In this document: positions 60,531 through 64,000 of the stretch, in pieces | Position numbering within the stretch: the first letter of the stretch is position 1 | How the letters are laid out: each line of letters starts with the position of its first letter | From: an uncultured Gammaproteobacteria bacterium | GTDB lineage: Bacteria; Patescibacteriota; Patescibacteriia; Magasanikbacterales; GWA2-37-8 | Length of the DNA: 64,000 bases | NCBI GenBank assembly: GCA_964596525.1 | Contig: CAZQUL010000001.1 | Coordinates: 268,830-332,829 of the forward strand | Direction of reading: 5' to 3' | Notes under the pieces: model-generated | What the model saw: the letters and a program-made list of their open reading frames with translations, nothing else | What the model was told of the DNA's origin: nothing | The model's database searches: none | Made by a program: the position numbers and the translations under genes

Positions 60531-61439
60531 ATGCCAGGGAGGGAATATTCGTTCGATACGTCCGATGTTGATAGTGATCTGCAAGCCGAGGCCGAAGCAC
60601 GCAAAAAACAGGAGCAGGGCCGCGAGATTGAAGGAGTGAAACAGCAGGTGGCCGAGATACAGAAGGGTTGGGATGAGGTGGTTGATCTTACCGAGGATGA
60701 TATCGAGCTCATCGGCGAAGAAGCTGAACTTATGAACGATGTATCCGAGGACGGCTCGGAATTGAAGCAGTTGCTGAACGAAATTAAAGATGAAGTTAAT
60801 GGTGAAACCGAAATTCAAGCCAGCCTTAAAGACGTGAAGGCGCTCATGAACGACATGTCATCCGAACAAGCGCAACAACTCGGAGAATTCATGATTGCGC
60901 AGGACTCGCCACAACGCGCGGCTGAGCGGGCGCTTGAGCGCTCCGATCGGGCGGCGGCCAAAAAATACGATACAGCGGTAAAAGATATCGATGCGGACTA
61001 CGGCGCTCGCCTGGCCGCTTTGCAAAGCGAATACACTCGCTATCAAAATTTTATTGCCCGCGATCCGAGCGTGCGTTCCTTGTATGGCGCGCGCATGACA
61101 GAACTACTCCAGCAGGCAGCGATTCTCAAGGAAGAGCGTGGTAAGAAGATTGAGGCGGCGCGGCAAGAGTATGAGCATGAAATAACTGCACCAGAAATGT
61201 CGGTTGAAGAATCTGCTGCTGCCTCAACTACTGAAGCTGAAGCAGTTCCGGTTGATGAAAGCATGATTGTCGAGGAAGGGCCGTCGAATATCATCCCGAT
61301 CTCACGCGCTCGCGCGACCCGCCCTACTCGTCCATCCGCCACGCCAGCCGCCAGGCCAAAAAACTCTCCGCCACCCCCACCCACCCCTCTACGTCCACGT
61401 GCGACCCCACCCCCACTACCGACGAGAAAAGCTGCTTAA
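60531..61439 (+). CDS. Acidic coiled-coil protein with Pro-rich tail ending RKAA
   Basis: ORF track; start at 60531. Confidence 0.7.
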   Translation: MPGREYSFDTSDVDSDLQAEAEARKKQEQGREIEGVKQQVAEIQKGWDEVVDLTEDDIELIGEEAELMNDVSEDGSELKQLLNEIKDEVNGETEIQASLKDVKALMNDMSSEQAQQLGEFMIAQDSPQRAAERALERSDRAAAKKYDTAVKDIDADYGARLAALQSEYTRYQNFIARDPSVRSLYGARMTELLQQAAILKEERGKKIEAARQEYEHEITAPEMSVEESAAASTTEAEAVPVDESMIVEEGPSNIIPISRARATRPTRPSATPAARPKNSPPPPPTPLRPRATPPPLPTRKAA

Positions 61440-61451
61440 TGTTTTGTTCAT

Positions 61452-62615
61452 ATGCCGGAATCGTCCAAAAAATTGGACCGTAGTCAGCAGGATGAGATTA
61501 GTCAGCTTGTCAGTGAGTTGCCGTCGGCTCGGGTACCTCAGGATTATGAGCATATCGCGGAACTAGGCGATGATGATATAGAATTTATTGGTCAAGAACA
61601 AGAAAGCATAGCAACTACGGCACGTCGCCAAGCTGGCGAGGCGGCCAAAGAATTGCGTCCGACTGAGCATGGCCGCACGTCGCAGGAAACAGCGCGAACG
61701 TTCACCGAAGAAGTGGCGGCTATCGAGAACGAATATGCTTCAAAAATTGCACCGTTGCGCCGCGAAATAGAAAAGTATCGTTCGCTCGAATCTCAAGGTA
61801 CGATCATGAAAGATTTTTTCGCGTCGACCAAGCGCGTTTTTGAGATGCGCCTGCGCCTGGTAGAAGATAGCCTGGCGACTGCTGTCGAGGAGGCGCGGTT
61901 GCGATTTGAACGCGAAGCGCGGCTTAACGCGATGCAAAAACACGTGGGCGCTTACGACCGCCGCGTCGGAGATATTAATGCTGAATTCGAAACCGTGGGT
62001 GGATCTGAACTGCGTGAGCTGAATGATCATCTGGATCAGATTGGAAAAAATCCAGCGATGGCTAAAATCTATGACGCACGGTTGAAAGAATTGGCTCTGG
62101 CACTTGAACCGGCACGCCGTAAGCGCGATACGGCACTTGCTATCGCCGCCCGTGAATTCGAAGAGTCTACGAAGACGCTTGCGCCGAGCGAGCCAAGCGC
62201 GCGCGAAGTTGTGGCCGTACTGCATCGCCAGTTCGAAAATGACACCCGGCCGATCATGAAAAAAGTTCAGGAATACACCCGATTTACCGGTGCCAGTCCA
62301 ACCGAACGCGCCCGCGCCGAAAAGAAAGTCGAAGCGCTTCTACAGATCGTTTTAACTATGGCTGCGGCCCGTGACCGGGCGATTGGAGAAGCCAAAGCGA
62401 TGTTTTCAAGTGAGGGCAGTATCGCCGTTAACCCAGAGGCCGACCACTCGTTGCGCACAACGCTCCGCCCCGGCGAAGCGCCACTTGCGGAACGTAAGAC
62501 CGAGCCGTCGCTCCGGCAGGTGGTGGGCCAAACTCTGCCGCCTTTGCGTCCGACTCGCCGGGTTGAACCACTGCAGCGCATTGATGATCAAAAGCCTCAG
62601 ACCAAAGCTGCTTAA
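61452..62615 (+). CDS. Coiled-coil repeat protein ending TKAA, related to 60531
   Basis: Shared L.DDDIE.IG.E motif and helical repeats. Confidence 0.7.
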   Translation: MPESSKKLDRSQQDEISQLVSELPSARVPQDYEHIAELGDDDIEFIGQEQESIATTARRQAGEAAKELRPTEHGRTSQETARTFTEEVAAIENEYASKIAPLRREIEKYRSLESQGTIMKDFFASTKRVFEMRLRLVEDSLATAVEEARLRFEREARLNAMQKHVGAYDRRVGDINAEFETVGGSELRELNDHLDQIGKNPAMAKIYDARLKELALALEPARRKRDTALAIAAREFEESTKTLAPSEPSAREVVAVLHRQFENDTRPIMKKVQEYTRFTGASPTERARAEKKVEALLQIVLTMAAARDRAIGEAKAMFSSEGSIAVNPEADHSLRTTLRPGEAPLAERKTEPSLRQVVGQTLPPLRPTRRVEPLQRIDDQKPQTKAA

Positions 62616-62701
62616 AGCGGACTTTCAAAAACGAATAGTTAGTTTTATACTACGCACGTCGCCCCAGGGCGGCGTGTCGTTGTTTCATTATTCTTGCGCG
62701 T

Positions 62702-64000
62702 ATGCCAACGTTCAGCGAAGCCGAAAAGAAAATTCTTGAACAGTACGTTACCAACGTCGGAGGCGATATTTTTGCTGTCAAAAACCTGCCGGGGATTGTC
62801 GGTGCGGTGTATGCGCGCTATTCACGCGCTAAAACGGGTTTTCAGGAAACGCTCCTTAAAGAGTTTGTGCAAGAAGGCATGATTAATGCCGAACATGCCG
62901 CCGCACTTATCGAACGCGTTCTCATCGCGTACGGCGACGATTCGGTGGGCGAGCTTGAGGGCGCACATGTGTCGCTCGAAAATATTTCTATCTTGGCTAC
63001 TAAAGAAGTGGAAGATCGACGCATCGGCGGATCGCCGATCGAAAAATCGACGCGCTACATTTTTTTCGATGAGCAGGATGAAGACGGAAAGTATAAATAC
63101 GTCCGTCCGGCAGACATTATGGCAACACCCTTGGCCGCGGAGTACGAAGCGACAATGGATTTTTTGTTTGATACGTACAAGAATCTCATCGAACCGATGC
63201 AGCAATTTTACCAGGAGCTCTTTCCGTTGGAAAAAGCTGAGTACGATATTTTGGGTACGGGTGAGAAGCAAAAGTACGCGGATTTAAAAAACGAAAAAGA
63301 CCAGAAAGCGTTTAAGATAACTCACAAAATCGACCTTAAGACCAAAGCCTGCGATGCGCTGCGCTGCCTCCTCCCGATCTCTACCAAGACCAACGTTGGT
63401 TTGTTCGGCAACGGACGATTCTACCAGACGCTCATTGCACATCTTCTTACAACACCGTACGCCGAAGTTAAGGATATCGGCCGCAGCATGTTTACCGAAC
63501 TTTCGAAAATTATTCCCAAGTACATCCATCGCGCCAAAGAGAAAACGTATCAGCAATCGATTGACGCGGCGATGCAGCTGGTGGCGAGCGAACTTGTTGG
63601 AATGGTGAAGAGCGATGCGACTTCAATTGAATCGGTGGCGCTTGTGCCGCTTGATGTGCGCAATACCGAAGAATATCTTATTGCAACGATGCTGTATGCA
63701 TACACTGATCGCTCACTCGCCGAACTTATTAGGCTTGCGGGCACATTCGACCGTGGAGCGCGCGATCGGATCAAGGCTGCGTACGTTGGCGAACGCGCGT
63801 CGCGTCGCGACCGCCCAGGCCGTGCGCTTGAGAGTGGGTATACATACACCTTCGATTTGACAGCAGATTTTGGAACGTACAAAGACCTTATGCGCCATCG
63901 CATGTCGACACAGCTGCGCCAGGCGTTTAGCCCGCTTTTGGGCATAGTCCTGCCGCAAGATGTGCAAGATGCCGGTTTCACCGAAAAAATAATGGCGTGT
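62702..64000 (+). CDS. thyX: FAD-dependent thymidylate synthase, tandem (Chlamydia-like) type; runs off the window end
   Basis: Not in the ORF track (no stop); translated by hand: ARYSRA, YGDDSVGEL, SPIEKSTRY, FGTYKDLMRHR, in frame. Confidence 0.88.
   Translation, partial: MPTFSEAEKKILEQYVTNVGGDIFAVKNLPGIVGAVYARYSRAKTGFQETLLKEFVQEGMINAEHAAALIERVLIAYGDDSVGELEGAHVSLENISILATKEVEDRRIGGSPIEKSTRYIFFDEQDEDGKYKYVRPADIMATPLAAEYEATMDFLFDTYKNLIEPMQQFYQELFPLEKAEYDILGTGEKQKYADLKNEKDQKAFKITHKIDLKTKACDALRCLLPISTKTNVGLFGNGRFYQTLIAHLLTTPYAEVKDIGRSMFTELSKIIPKYIHRAKEKTYQQSIDAAMQLVASELVGMVKSDATSIESVALVPLDVRNTEEYLIATMLYAYTDRSLAELIRLAGTFDRGARDRIKAAYVGERASRRDRPGRALESGYTYTFDLTADFGTYKDLMRHRMSTQLRQAFSPLLGIVLPQDVQDAGFTEKIMAC

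Noticed and set aside
62822-63981. Short ORFs at the window end
   Set aside because: Explained by the single open frame from 62702 (thyX) that lacks a stop within the window

Overview
This is a bacterial chromosomal segment spanning the replication origin (parA-parB-orphan-dnaA-oriC-dnaN). Gene content and style suggest Patescibacteria/CPR, but this is an inference. Housekeeping genes include nrdAB, mutY, tig, nfo, ychF, murF, murE, rmuC, ndh, polA, dCMP deaminase, dut, a partial tandem-type thyX and four tRNAs, interspersed with many orphan genes. Five things stand out. (1) A ~950-nt ORF-poor, hairpin-dense region after dnaN has its own sigma70 promoter and terminal stem, making it a candidate large ncRNA. 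(2) Genes fall into two classes: core genes have no Shine-Dalgarno and start T-ATG, whereas ~25 mostly monocistronic accessory genes carry strong AGGAGG sites and consensus promoters, and in some cases foreign high-GC3 codon usage (Cys-rich TSP3 lipoproteins). (3) A zinc-starvation-like operon (ZIP transporter, nicotianamine-synthase-like enzyme, two COG0523 GTPases) has a Zur-like palindrome in its promoter. (4) A parS and DnaA-box cluster lies ~23 kb from oriC. (5) There are several small repeat families. No CRISPR array, transposase or rRNA was seen.
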